64,000 bases of DNA, from NCBI GenBank assembly GCA_965207455.1, contig CBDBMJ010000001.1, forward strand, positions 96,001 through 160,000, written 5' to 3'. The stretch's first letter is position 1. Each line of letters begins with the position of its first letter. This DNA is from Bdellovibrionota bacterium. Its GTDB lineage: Bacteria; Bdellovibrionota; UBA1018; CAIPTA01; JAALKR01. Of the stretch, positions 48,568 to 58,335 are shown piece by piece. The notes under the pieces were generated by a model, which searched no databases, was not told where the DNA came from, and saw nothing but the letters and a program-made list of their open reading frames with translations. The position numbers and the translations under genes were made by a program.

Positions 48568-49894
48568 GTACGATCCTGTTTTGTATTAGTTTTGGAGGTG
48601 CGATTCTTTGGCTACCAATGCTTATGCTATTTAAAATTTGGTTCCTTACTGCTTGCGCTTTTTTCACGGTGGTAGCGTAGATAGTAACCACGGGAGTGCC
48701 TTTGGAAACCTTATCTCCTAGTTGGTGATGAAAATAAAAACCCACACTGGGATCAATGGAATCAGTGGACTGGACCCGTCCCCCTCCCAGTGCCACTAAT
48801 GCCATACCAATACTTTCTGTGTGCATTTGGGTAATATAGCCCGATCGGGGCGCACCCACAGAAATGGAAGATTTTGCTAAGGGAAGACCGTGATCGAGAG
48901 CGGAGGTGTCCCCCTTTTGCATACTCACAAACTCTAGGAATTTAGAATACGCACGACCACTTTTGAGAGCCTCCTCCAATATTTTTCTAGCTGCAGGGGC
49001 CTGGGTGTTTTTCTTTTTCTTTTTCTCTGCCAATAGAAACATCTCCACTGCAAGAGCCATTGTTACCTCGAATAGTCGAGGCTCTGGTTCTTGATCCTCT
49101 GGACCTCGTCGCAAAAAAGCAACGCACTCATTGACTTCTATACTGTTCCCCACTGCTCGTCCCAATGGTTGGGACATATCTGTGAGCAAAGCATGTATGG
49201 TTTTATTCGTCTGCTCTCCAATGGCAACAATGGCATGGGCTAGTGCTAAGGCCTCAGTGGGAGTTTTCATAAAAGCACCACTGCCTACCTTAATATCCAT
49301 TACCAAGCCGTCAAAATCTTCTGCTAATTTTTTCGACATAATACTTGCCACAATAAGGGGAATACTGTCCACCGTTCCGGAAACATCTCGTAAAGCATAA
49401 ATTTTCTTATCCGCAGGACAAATTTCATCACTCTGACCAATCATGCCCATACCAACAGTACGAAGTAACTCTTCGAAACGATCCAAAGGTATATTTGTCT
49501 GGAAACCTGGAATGGATTCCAACTTATCCACTGTACCTCCCGTGTGCCCTAAACCACGACCAGAAATCATCGGCACAGTCACTCCCACACTAGCAAGCAA
49601 TGGGGCAAGAATAATACTTGTCTTATCACCAACACCACCAGTGGAATGTTTATCCACCTTGGGTTGCTGGATATTAGAAAGGTCCAAAGACTCTCCCGAC
49701 TGGAGCATTGCTTTTGTAAGAGCAGCAGTCTCCTCCTCATTCATACCTTTAAAATAAATACTCATCAAAAGAGCACTCATTTGGTAATCAGGAATACTAC
49801 CTTGAGTGAAGCCATCCACAAACGCATTAATTTCATTTGAATGTAGAGGCTCTCCATCTCGCTTCTTTTTAATTGTAATTACAGGGTTGAACAT
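48539..49894 (-). CDS. pdp: Pyrimidine-nucleoside/thymidine phosphorylase
   Basis: KHSTGGVGDK, SGRGLGHTGGT.DKLESIPG, ASIMSKK. Confidence 0.95.
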   Translation of the reverse strand: MFNPVITIKKKRDGEPLHSNEINAFVDGFTQGSIPDYQMSALLMSIYFKGMNEEETAALTKAMLQSGESLDLSNIQQPKVDKHSTGGVGDKTSIILAPLLASVGVTVPMISGRGLGHTGGTVDKLESIPGFQTNIPLDRFEELLRTVGMGMIGQSDEICPADKKIYALRDVSGTVDSIPLIVASIMSKKLAEDFDGLVMDIKVGSGAFMKTPTEALALAHAIVAIGEQTNKTIHALLTDMSQPLGRAVGNSIEVNECVAFLRRGPEDQEPEPRLFEVTMALAVEMFLLAEKKKKKNTQAPAARKILEEALKSGRAYSKFLEFVSMQKGDTSALDHGLPLAKSSISVGAPRSGYITQMHTESIGMALVALGGGRVQSTDSIDPSVGFYFHHQLGDKVSKGTPVVTIYATTVKKAQAVRNQILNSISIGSQRIAPPKLIQNRIVHERTNKQNR

Positions 49895-49898
49895 TTTT

Positions 49899-51095
49899 TT
49901 ACTCCAATATATCTCTAAAACTCGTACCAATTTGTAGACGTGAGTCCACTTCCATAAAATCTAAAATAGTTTGACCAACGTCCGCAAAACTCCCACGAAC
50001 ACCTAAGTCTTTTTTCTGACGACGCTCCCGGGTGGCATGGGTCCAGGCAAGCACGGGTATGTACTCTCTTGTATGGTCGGTGCCTGGGGCAGTTGGGTCG
50101 TTACCGTGATCGGCTGTAATGATAAGGAGATCCTTTTCCCTTATATTGGAAAGTAGATTTTGTAGCTCACCATCAAACCATTCCAACTCCTTCCCGTAGC
50201 CAATGGGATCCCGACGATGACCAAAGAGCATATCGAAATCCACAAAATTAGCGAAGAGCAAACCATGGAAATCCTTTTGAAGAGCATTATTGACCTCAGC
50301 CATAATTCCACGATTATTTTTTGCCACAATGGACTCAGAAAATCCCTTATAATTATAAATGCTGGGAATTTTTCCCACACCAATGGTATCCATGTTCTTG
50401 TCTCGAAGATGGTCCATCATGGTTGGCCCAGGAAGGTCGATACTATAGTCTCGTCGATTTTCTGTTCTCTTAAAATTAGCGGCATGGGTGCCAGTAAAGG
50501 GACGGGCAATCACACGACTCACATTTATTTCGTCGCACTGTAGCCTTGCTCTTTCACACATTCCATACAAGCGCTCCAAACCGAAATGCTCCTCATGGGC
50601 CGCAATCTGAAAGACGGAATCTGCACTCGTATACACAATGGGCTTTCCCGTACTGAGGTGCTCCTCCCCCCAGTCCGCAATTACTTGGGTGCCACTGGCT
50701 GGCTCGTTTACCAATACACCCGGAAGATCATTCTCTGTAACAAATCGACGAATAAACTCTTCAGAAAAACCCCGAGGAAAAACAGCAAAGGAAACAGCAG
50801 TTTCTATACCAGCTAACTCCCAGTGACCCGTGGTAGTGTCCTTACCCTTCGACAATTCCAATGCCTTTCCGTAAGCAGCAGTGGCGTGACGGACGGGAGG
50901 CAAACCTTTAACGGGAGTGATATTCCCTAAGCCCATAGCTCCAAGATGGGGTAGAGATAAACCGGGAGACTCGTCCCCAATATGGGCTAAGGTATTCGCT
51001 CCACTATCACCATAGCTAGCAGCATCGGGAAGAGCCCCAACACCTAAACTATCAAGAACAAGCAGTATCACCCTTTTCTGATGATTTTCCGTCAC
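49899..51095 (-). CDS. deoB: Phosphopentomutase
   Basis: LDSLGVG, GKDTTTGHWE, YTSADSV, GHRRD, ADHGNDP; GTG start with GGAGG RBS. Confidence 0.96.
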   Translation of the reverse strand: MTENHQKRVILLVLDSLGVGALPDAASYGDSGANTLAHIGDESPGLSLPHLGAMGLGNITPVKGLPPVRHATAAYGKALELSKGKDTTTGHWELAGIETAVSFAVFPRGFSEEFIRRFVTENDLPGVLVNEPASGTQVIADWGEEHLSTGKPIVYTSADSVFQIAAHEEHFGLERLYGMCERARLQCDEINVSRVIARPFTGTHAANFKRTENRRDYSIDLPGPTMMDHLRDKNMDTIGVGKIPSIYNYKGFSESIVAKNNRGIMAEVNNALQKDFHGLLFANFVDFDMLFGHRRDPIGYGKELEWFDGELQNLLSNIREKDLLIITADHGNDPTAPGTDHTREYIPVLAWTHATRERRQKKDLGVRGSFADVGQTILDFMEVDSRLQIGTSFRDILE

Positions 51096-51336
51096 TATTT
51101 CCTCCATCCAATAAAGAACCCTTTTTTTTGTTACCACCGTTAGAGCAGAGAAGAAAGGGGGAAGAGGAACTTGTACATATAGACGACCATTGTCTATTTT
51201 TTGGTCAATAAAAGGAACTGGAAGGTCTTTACTATATGAGCATTGCAATTCAGGGCATTGTATCGCCCTCAAATGCTTGAAATAAATAGGTTTTTTAATT
51301 TCAGAAAATTGTTTTTTTAAGGCTTTTTCCCTATCT

Positions 51337-51352
51337 TGGCACGCTGCTTGCT
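51337..51352 (+). promoter_or_regulatory. sigma54 promoter TGGCAC-N5-TTGCT
   Basis: Exact consensus ~50 bp upstream of ATG 51401. Confidence 0.75.
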
Positions 51353-51400
51353 TCTCCTATTCTTAGTAATATATACAGTAAAAACCGGAGAGGGATAAAA

Positions 51401-51969
51401 ATGAAAAAAACGATATTTAGCCTGCTACTTGCCCTAGCGCTACTTAGCCCACAACAGGCAAATGCTGTTGCTGGAAAATTTTCTATGCTTAAAGAGGGGA
51501 TGTCCATGCTCATAACAGGGACGGTAGGAGTGCTAAAAAACACTGGATCTATGGGAGTGGTGATGAAAAGTTTAGGAGCGGGAGAGCCCGGCTTACTTTC
51601 CACTCACTTTGGTTACGATGAAGCTGAAATGATTCGAAGTGTAAGGGAACAGGATTTTCATTGCTTCAATAATTATCACCTAAATGTGAGTTGGGAGCAA
51701 AAGATTTTATTCCTATTTTAGCGGATATAAGCCTTGTAATAATTATACCAGGTATTTGGGTGCCTATTGGAGTTGGAGCTGCTGCATGGATTGCTCTTCA
51801 CTGTGATTTTGTAGAGGATGATTATGAAAAAATGGTAGAGCTACTGAATCAATTTAATTTAGTGAAAATGACAGATGATGAAGTATCTGTTTTCCTATCC
51901 ATGGAGAGGACAAAAAATATTTATTTAGAAAAATTTTCCACTAATAAGATTAAATGGAATTTGCGCTGA
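51401..51969 (+). pseudogene. Secreted/membrane protein split by a frameshift near 51690 (ORFs 51401-51721 and 51691-51969)
   Basis: Both halves match the single ORF at 63540 (SV....F.C.NNY.L; KMT.DE). Confidence 0.6.
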
Positions 51970-51995
51970 CCAGAGCCACGTCGTGCTCGATAAAT

Positions 51996-53381
51996 TTATT
52001 TCTTTTTCTTACTGGAGAGTCTTCGTTGAGGAAAGTCTTTTAAGTATTGACCAGCCAATGTATTTTCCAGGCTTTCTCCACAAAGTCCAGCCACTTGCCA
52101 AACATGGCAGCGATTAATAAGTTCCTTGTGGAGTATTTGAAATCCCATGGCAGGGGAAGGGGTTTTATTTTTCATACGTTTTGTTGCCCAAGCACTACCG
52201 TACCACTGTGGAGCTTTTCCATTTTGACGATAGTGTTCTTCGATGGAATTTACGGGACGCATTCCTCGGTTGAACATGCCTGTGATGTAGCGAAATTCCT
52301 CGGCTAGGTTTCGTCGCATATGTTTTGTTATGTTTACAATGGATCTTTGTTTGTTGCCTTGGTCGGAAAATGTATCTGTAATAATGAGGCGTTTTTTAGA
52401 AATTAACTCATGCACATATTTGGCTGTGGCAAGTATGGAAGCTTTGGGGCAATAGATGGGGTAGAGTCCTCGCTTGGTTCGTTTTTTCCTACAGTGTTTC
52501 TCTAAATGAACATAGCATTTTTTACGAAAAATATGCTTCCGTCCACATGCCCTTGGTTTATAGATTTTTTTATTCCACAATAAGCCATATTTCGCTGCAT
52601 TTGTGGCACCCAGTTGACTCAAGCCTTTTCCCCATCGATATAGAGTGCAGGGTCCATCTTTTTCCTCTAAGCAGAGTTTCTTTTCGTGTTTGTTTTCTAA
52701 AAATGGATTGAAATTGGATTCCTTGTGTAAGATGGCAGATAAAATAGCCGGGTGTACATTATAGCGTTTTCCTGCCTTTGCTAAAACAGAACGTAGGTGT
52801 TTGGGTAATCGGTACTTTGCCTCAGGTAGGCGACAAGGGCGACCGGGTCGAACCATGGGGCGCTTCGGGCATGCATTGTGTATGGCATATTTTTCTGGAT
52901 TAATTTTTTTCGACCCAAAAATACTTCTAGGGTATATGGAAAAAAAATCTATAATGAAATCTTCTTTTATGTAGTTGGGGTTGCTGATGTCCGCACTCTG
53001 CGTACCTAAACTTAATCTAGCCAGTAGGGGTTTTACTGTGCGCACATACTTTGCTTTTTCAGGGTAGATAGTTTGAAAGGCTTCACTATTTTCGAGTCCG
53101 TACATTCGCACATGACTGCTTTTTTTAGGAATCCAGCCCCTGCGTCCTTGGTAGATACCGTTAATAAAATGTACATAGAACCAAGTTTCTCCATATAGGT
53201 TTTCCAGATGGAGAACTCGAGCTTCCATATTGCTTTCCAGAGGTATGAGTAGAGAGGTATTTTTTTGACTGTATTGAACTAGTGCTTCTGCTTGCCACAA
53301 TCCCACCTCTCGATAATCATTAGCAACGGCACTACTAGCGAGAAAAAAAATAATACAATATAAGAGCAGATCGATTCTCAT
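51996..53381 (-). CDS. Secreted lytic transglycosylase (SLT domain)
   Basis: AILHKESNFNP, GLSQL motifs; signal peptide. Confidence 0.82.
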   Translation of the reverse strand: MRIDLLLYCIIFFLASSAVANDYREVGLWQAEALVQYSQKNTSLLIPLESNMEARVLHLENLYGETWFYVHFINGIYQGRRGWIPKKSSHVRMYGLENSEAFQTIYPEKAKYVRTVKPLLARLSLGTQSADISNPNYIKEDFIIDFFSIYPRSIFGSKKINPEKYAIHNACPKRPMVRPGRPCRLPEAKYRLPKHLRSVLAKAGKRYNVHPAILSAILHKESNFNPFLENKHEKKLCLEEKDGPCTLYRWGKGLSQLGATNAAKYGLLWNKKIYKPRACGRKHIFRKKCYVHLEKHCRKKRTKRGLYPIYCPKASILATAKYVHELISKKRLIITDTFSDQGNKQRSIVNITKHMRRNLAEEFRYITGMFNRGMRPVNSIEEHYRQNGKAPQWYGSAWATKRMKNKTPSPAMGFQILHKELINRCHVWQVAGLCGESLENTLAGQYLKDFPQRRLSSKKKK

Positions 53382-53387
53382 ACTGTC

Positions 53388-53414
53388 TTTTCGGCAGAAC
53401 AGGAGGAAACCTTA
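53388..53414 (-). promoter_or_regulatory. Probable sigma28 (FliA) promoter TAAG-N15-GCCGAAAA
   Basis: Near-consensus, 6 nt before the ATG of the SLT gene. Confidence 0.55.
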
Positions 53415-53479
53415 TCTGTATAGACGCGGTAAACACATAAATTGTATACATACCCCCTGTAAGCGTGTAGAAAGAAGCC

Positions 53480-54187
53480 ATGACTGCGATAAAAGATAGG
53501 ATGGAGGAAATAAACAAACGAATCCAAGAGGCTTGCCAGAGGTCTGGCAGGAGTGCTGGGGATGTACGTTTAATTGGAGTGACCAAGAAAAAATCCCATC
53601 AGGATATTTGGGAAGCGCTCCATGGAGGGCAGAGTGCGTTTGGGGAAAATTACCTACAGGAGGCTTTAGAAAAAATAAATACGATTCATGGCATGATGAA
53701 ACGAACGCCATTGAAAACTTCTCCAGAATGGCATTTTATTGGTAGGTTACAGAGTAAAAAATGCAAGCATATTCCTGGAGTGTTTGCCATGGTTCACAGT
53801 TTAGATAGTATTGCCCATGCTGAAAAATTAAATGAGGCAGCAGCTAAGAAAGGTATAAAGATAGAGGTGTTGGTGCAGGTGAATATGGATCAAGAAAAAA
53901 ATAAGGGTGGGGTATCTGAGTTATTTCATTTTTTAGAAAGATGCGTTCCCCTGGGCTCGCTTTTGATTAAGGGTTTGATGTGCATTCCCAAGCTGGAGAG
54001 CCAGAGGACAAATCCCCATGCTGTGTTTGCGAGCACTCGAAAATTAATGGAAGAGGCTAATCAAAAGTCTTGTTATTCGAGTGTGCTTACGGAGCTTTCC
54101 ATGGGTATGAGTCAGGATTTTGAAGCTGCCATTGCCGAGGGTAGCACCATGGTGCGTTTGGGTACTGTGCTATTTGGTTCTCGCTAG
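53480..54187 (+). CDS. yggS: PLP homeostasis protein YggS/PROSC
   Basis: GVTK, FGENYLQE, WHFIGRLQS, LSMGMSQDF, VRLGT.LFG. Confidence 0.95.
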   Translation: MTAIKDRMEEINKRIQEACQRSGRSAGDVRLIGVTKKKSHQDIWEALHGGQSAFGENYLQEALEKINTIHGMMKRTPLKTSPEWHFIGRLQSKKCKHIPGVFAMVHSLDSIAHAEKLNEAAAKKGIKIEVLVQVNMDQEKNKGGVSELFHFLERCVPLGSLLIKGLMCIPKLESQRTNPHAVFASTRKLMEEANQKSCYSSVLTELSMGMSQDFEAAIAEGSTMVRLGTVLFGSR

Positions 54188-54242
54188 TGGAAAGTAGGGA
54201 AAAGGGTGGCAAGTGGGGTGTGAATGGGATAGTATTTTCACC

Positions 54243-55262
54243 ATGCAACGAGATTGGTATCATAAGCTTCCAAAAATAGAACTCCATCGTCACTTGGAGG
54301 GTTCCTGTCGATTGAAAACTGTGGCAGAAGTTATTCAGCACCATAATATCGATCTTCCGTACCAAGACTTAAATGCGTTGGCAAAAAAAGTTTGTATCCA
54401 AAAGCCCTTTCGTGATCTCAAGGAGGCATTAGAAAAGTTCGATGCTCTCCAGTCTATTTTTGTGGCCCCTGAGGTGATAGAGAGAGTTACGTATGAGGCT
54501 ATCGAGGACGCCTATCAGGACAATATTTATCTCCTAGAGCTTCGCTATTGTCCGTCCTATATTACCCAAGGTACCCAACTTACTTATGAAGATGTATATG
54601 ATGCTATACAGATGGGTGTACAGCGAGCAAGATCAAAATACAATTTAGGAGTTGGACTTATTATAATGGTGAATCGTATGCATGGAATGGAAGCTGCTCA
54701 AGCCACACTGGAGCAGGCGAAAAAGCATGGAGAAAATATTATTGGTATGGATTTGGCAGACAATGAAGCCGATGTGGATTTTGCTAGTTTTTCGTCGATT
54801 TTTCAAGCAGCTCGGAAGCAAGGAATTCCCGTTACCATTCACGCAGGAGAAATCAAAGGTTCTGTTTCCAATATTGAACTTGCCATAGATCAGTTAGGAG
54901 CTTCTCGCATAGGGCATGGTGTGCAAGTAATTCATGATGAAGCAATTATAGAAAAGGTAATTCAATCTTCGGTTACATTGGAATTGTGTCCCACTTCTAA
55001 CTACCTCACCAGCTCTGTGGACTCTTTGAAGGCTCATCCCATAAAAAAATTATTTGATAAAGGGGTGCCACTTACTATTAATAGCGACGATCCTGCCATG
55101 ATGGAAATAGACCTAAGCAATGAGTTTCGTGTTTGTGGAGAGACGCTGGGAATGGCTAAGGAAGATATAACCACTATTGTAAGCCATGGGGTGCAATCTT
55201 CTTTTATCGATCCAGACCGTAAGGCATACTATGGTAAGCGATATTTTGACTTCCTTTCCTGA
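54243..55262 (+). CDS. add: Adenosine deaminase
   Basis: LPKIELHRHLEGS, HAGE, RIGHG, CPTSN, NSDDP. Confidence 0.93.
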   Translation: MQRDWYHKLPKIELHRHLEGSCRLKTVAEVIQHHNIDLPYQDLNALAKKVCIQKPFRDLKEALEKFDALQSIFVAPEVIERVTYEAIEDAYQDNIYLLELRYCPSYITQGTQLTYEDVYDAIQMGVQRARSKYNLGVGLIIMVNRMHGMEAAQATLEQAKKHGENIIGMDLADNEADVDFASFSSIFQAARKQGIPVTIHAGEIKGSVSNIELAIDQLGASRIGHGVQVIHDEAIIEKVIQSSVTLELCPTSNYLTSSVDSLKAHPIKKLFDKGVPLTINSDDPAMMEIDLSNEFRVCGETLGMAKEDITTIVSHGVQSSFIDPDRKAYYGKRYFDFLS

Positions 55263-55926
55263 CCCCCACAATCTTATTTTATTCATGGATAAGTACCTAT
55301 TGGTAATGAATAAGCCTGCGGGTCTTTTGTCTCAAAAAGATAGGACTGGGGATCAATGTGTGGTGGATATACTAAAATTACAGGAGCGCGAAGAGTTCGT
55401 TGATTTTCTCGCTCCCGTACACCGACTGGATAGGAATGCATCGGGCGTGCTTTTATTGGCTCGGGATAAAAAAACAGCAGCCGCTCTCACAGCGAGCATG
55501 AAAAAAAAAGAAATATCCCGAACCTATATTGCTGTTGTGAAAGGCGTTTCCAAGGAAAATGGAACGATTCAAGAACCCATTATAAAGGATGAAGAAAAAA
55601 ATCAGAGTTATGTGTCTCCCAAGGGGAAGCCTGCTACCACAAAATTTCACCGAACCCAGTCTATGCCCAGCACGTCTTTATTGAGCGTGGAGTTGGGGAC
55701 GGGTCGCTCTCACCAGATTCGAGTGCACCTGGCCCATATAGGTCACCCCTTGCTTGGGGATCGAAAGTATGGAAAAAAGCCTTGGAGTATAATTTTCCAT
55801 CGACCAGCCCTTCATGCCTCTAGCCTGCGATTTCCCCATCCAAAAACTGGAGAGGAGCAAACAGTTTTTGCGGAGTTGCCAGTGGACATGAAGGAATTGG
55901 TACAAAAACTAGGCGGGGTGGTTTAA
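55231..55926 (+). CDS. RluA-family pseudouridine synthase
   Basis: NKPAG, VHRLDR..SG, TGRSHQIRVH, GD..YG. Confidence 0.93.
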   Translation: MVSDILTSFPDPHNLILFMDKYLLVMNKPAGLLSQKDRTGDQCVVDILKLQEREEFVDFLAPVHRLDRNASGVLLLARDKKTAAALTASMKKKEISRTYIAVVKGVSKENGTIQEPIIKDEEKNQSYVSPKGKPATTKFHRTQSMPSTSLLSVELGTGRSHQIRVHLAHIGHPLLGDRKYGKKPWSIIFHRPALHASSLRFPHPKTGEEQTVFAELPVDMKELVQKLGGVV

Positions 55927-56321
55927 TTTAAAAACCCCCTTTGGACAAAAATCACCACTACCTGCTCGCCTGCCCTTCCCTTCCAAGCGGGAACTTCAGT
56001 TTCTCCATGGACTAATATGGTGCCATTAGCAGACAGCCCTACAAAGGATAGTCGTCCTCCCCGGGAAAGGTCGACTGAGCTTTGGAGGTGATTGAGAATT
56101 TTCATTTCCTTTTCACCTCCACTGTACGTCCAGTAAAACTGCCTATTTATTACTCCTAGCCAAAACCGTTCTTCCGTTACCGTGTCAGGCAACTGGAGCA
56201 CCACTATGGGTCGGGGGGATGCATCGCTGGGTTCCTGGGGTGCGCATCCAGTCAAAATATTAAATCCTAGGGTGAGGATCGCTATTGTTTGTAGTTTCAT
56301 ACTTTTCCTATTTCCTTTCAA
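55923..56321 (-). CDS. Hypothetical lipoprotein
   Basis: LTGC lipobox. Confidence 0.55.
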   Translation of the reverse strand: MKGNRKSMKLQTIAILTLGFNILTGCAPQEPSDASPRPIVVLQLPDTVTEERFWLGVINRQFYWTYSGGEKEMKILNHLQSSVDLSRGGRLSFVGLSANGTILVHGETEVPAWKGRAGEQVVVIFVQRGFLN

Positions 56322-56429
56322 AACACTTTTCTTTTAAAATGACCTTGCAAGATTCAAGCCAAAATAAATTGAACTGTAATCCCCATCTTTTTTTTGCTAT
56401 TCTGATGGCTAGGAGGAGTAGACAAGAGT

Positions 56430-57413
56430 ATGGAAAATGTGGAACTACAAGAGGTGTTGAAAAAAAGCAGTCATGCTGTACGAGGCATCATCCAAGAATC
56501 GGAAAAGGTGGTAGTGGGGCAAAAGGAAATGCTCGAAGGAATGGTAATGGCCTTTCTTTGTGACGGTCATGTTCTGATAGAGGGACTGCCCGGATTGGCA
56601 AAATCTTTGGCTGTGAGCACGTTAGCACAAGCCATGAGTTTGGAGTTTCGCCGCATTCAGTTCACCCCGGACCTTCTCCCATCGGATTTAGTGGGGAGTA
56701 TGATTTATAATCAAAAGACCAGTGAGTTCACTCCCAAGAAAGGGCCTATTTTTTCTAATATTGTACTGGCCGACGAGATAAACCGTGCGCCTGCAAAAGT
56801 GCAATCCGCATTGTTGGAAGCCATGGCAGAAAAGCAAGTAACCTTAGGGGAGAAAACCTACCCCCTTCCCAAGCCTTTCGTAGTACTGGCAACCCAAAAC
56901 CCCATTGAGCAGGAAGGAACCTACCAATTGCCTGAGGCTCAGTTGGATCGTTTCATGTTGAAAATCACAGTGGGTTATCCCACGTATGAGGAAGAAAAAA
57001 TTATTATCGATCGCACTACTACTTTGGAAATGCCCAAGGTGACACAAAAGATTTCCCCCGCTGTTATTGAGAATGCAAAAGCTATTGTAACGAATACTTA
57101 TATAGATGAAAAACTTAAAAAGTATGTATTGGATATTGTCTTTGCTTCACGTTACCCCGAAAAATCAAATCTACCGGAACTCAAGTCTCTTTTGCAGGTT
57201 GGGGGTTCTCCGAGAGCAAGTATTAATATTGTAAAATCCGCAAAGGCACTGGCCTTTCTTCAAGATCGTTCTTTTGTTAACCCTGATGATATTAAGGCAG
57301 TATGCTATAGCGTTCTTCGCCATCGACTTATTTTAACATACGAGGCGGAAGCCAACGAGATCAGTGCAGATACAATTATCCGAAAGATTTTAGATGCAGT
57401 GGAAGTTCCTTAA
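56430..57413 (+). CDS. moxR: MoxR-family AAA+ ATPase
   Basis: GLPGLAKS, RIQFTPDLLPSD, DEINRAPAKVQSALLE, LPEAQLDRF. Confidence 0.96.
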   Translation: MENVELQEVLKKSSHAVRGIIQESEKVVVGQKEMLEGMVMAFLCDGHVLIEGLPGLAKSLAVSTLAQAMSLEFRRIQFTPDLLPSDLVGSMIYNQKTSEFTPKKGPIFSNIVLADEINRAPAKVQSALLEAMAEKQVTLGEKTYPLPKPFVVLATQNPIEQEGTYQLPEAQLDRFMLKITVGYPTYEEEKIIIDRTTTLEMPKVTQKISPAVIENAKAIVTNTYIDEKLKKYVLDIVFASRYPEKSNLPELKSLLQVGGSPRASINIVKSAKALAFLQDRSFVNPDDIKAVCYSVLRHRLILTYEAEANEISADTIIRKILDAVEVP

Positions 57414-58335
57414 TTGGTTTTACCAGACACAGCATAAGCCGCCCCCAAAGGAGACGGGCAAGGGGTTAAGCCATATTATCGAGGGTGCGAAAAAAATCGA
57501 ACTCGTCGTTCGTCAAAAAACTGAGTCTCTTTTAACCAGCCAATATAAATCAAAATTTCGCGGACAAGGCATGCAGTTTGCCAATATCCATGTATACCAG
57601 TATGGAGACGACGTTCGCCATATTGACTGGCGTAGTTCTGCCCGTTCCCAACAAATGTATGTGAAGAAATTTGAAGAAGAAAGGGATTTGGAAATTATTT
57701 GTGCAGTGGATATTAGTGGAAGCCTTTCCTTTGGAAGTCAAGCGATGGAGAAACGGGAAGTTGTTACCATGGCTCTAGCATCCATAATACTGTCAGCAGC
57801 AAAAAACAAAGACCGTATTAGTTTAATGTTGTTTACAGATAAAGTTGAAGATTATCTCCCTCCTAAAAAGGGACGAAAACATGCCATGAGAATTATTGAA
57901 AAATTACTTCATTTTCAGCCCAAGAGTAAAAAAACAGACCTCACACTGGCTCTCCAATCTTTATCTGCCACTGCCAAGCACAGGGCTGTTATTTTATTAG
58001 CTAGTGATTTTAGTGGTCCTATGAACACCACTCACCTCAAGCATTTAGCAAAAAAACATGACCTCATCGCTATGCATGTTTTTGACCCTAGGGAGAACTC
58101 CATACCCAATGTGGGATTGGTGCAGTTTCAAGACTTGGAGACAGGGAAAAATTTATTGGTAGATACTTCTTCTCCTGGATTTCAAAAAAAGTTTTCTGAG
58201 GAACAAAAATTAAGGATGGATACACTCCGTACATGCCTCCAATCCTCTGGTGCTACTGTGATGAACTTGTCCACGGATAAGGATCCCTCTGAGGAAGTTT
58301 TACGTTTCTTTTACCAAAGAAGGAAGTACCGATGA
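57394..58335 (+). CDS. DUF58 domain protein
   Basis: G.GM.F.....YQYGDDVR.IDW..SAR, DISGS. Confidence 0.93.
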   Translation: MQWKFLNWFYQTQHKPPPKETGKGLSHIIEGAKKIELVVRQKTESLLTSQYKSKFRGQGMQFANIHVYQYGDDVRHIDWRSSARSQQMYVKKFEEERDLEIICAVDISGSLSFGSQAMEKREVVTMALASIILSAAKNKDRISLMLFTDKVEDYLPPKKGRKHAMRIIEKLLHFQPKSKKTDLTLALQSLSATAKHRAVILLASDFSGPMNTTHLKHLAKKHDLIAMHVFDPRENSIPNVGLVQFQDLETGKNLLVDTSSPGFQKKFSEEQKLRMDTLRTCLQSSGATVMNLSTDKDPSEEVLRFFYQRRKYR

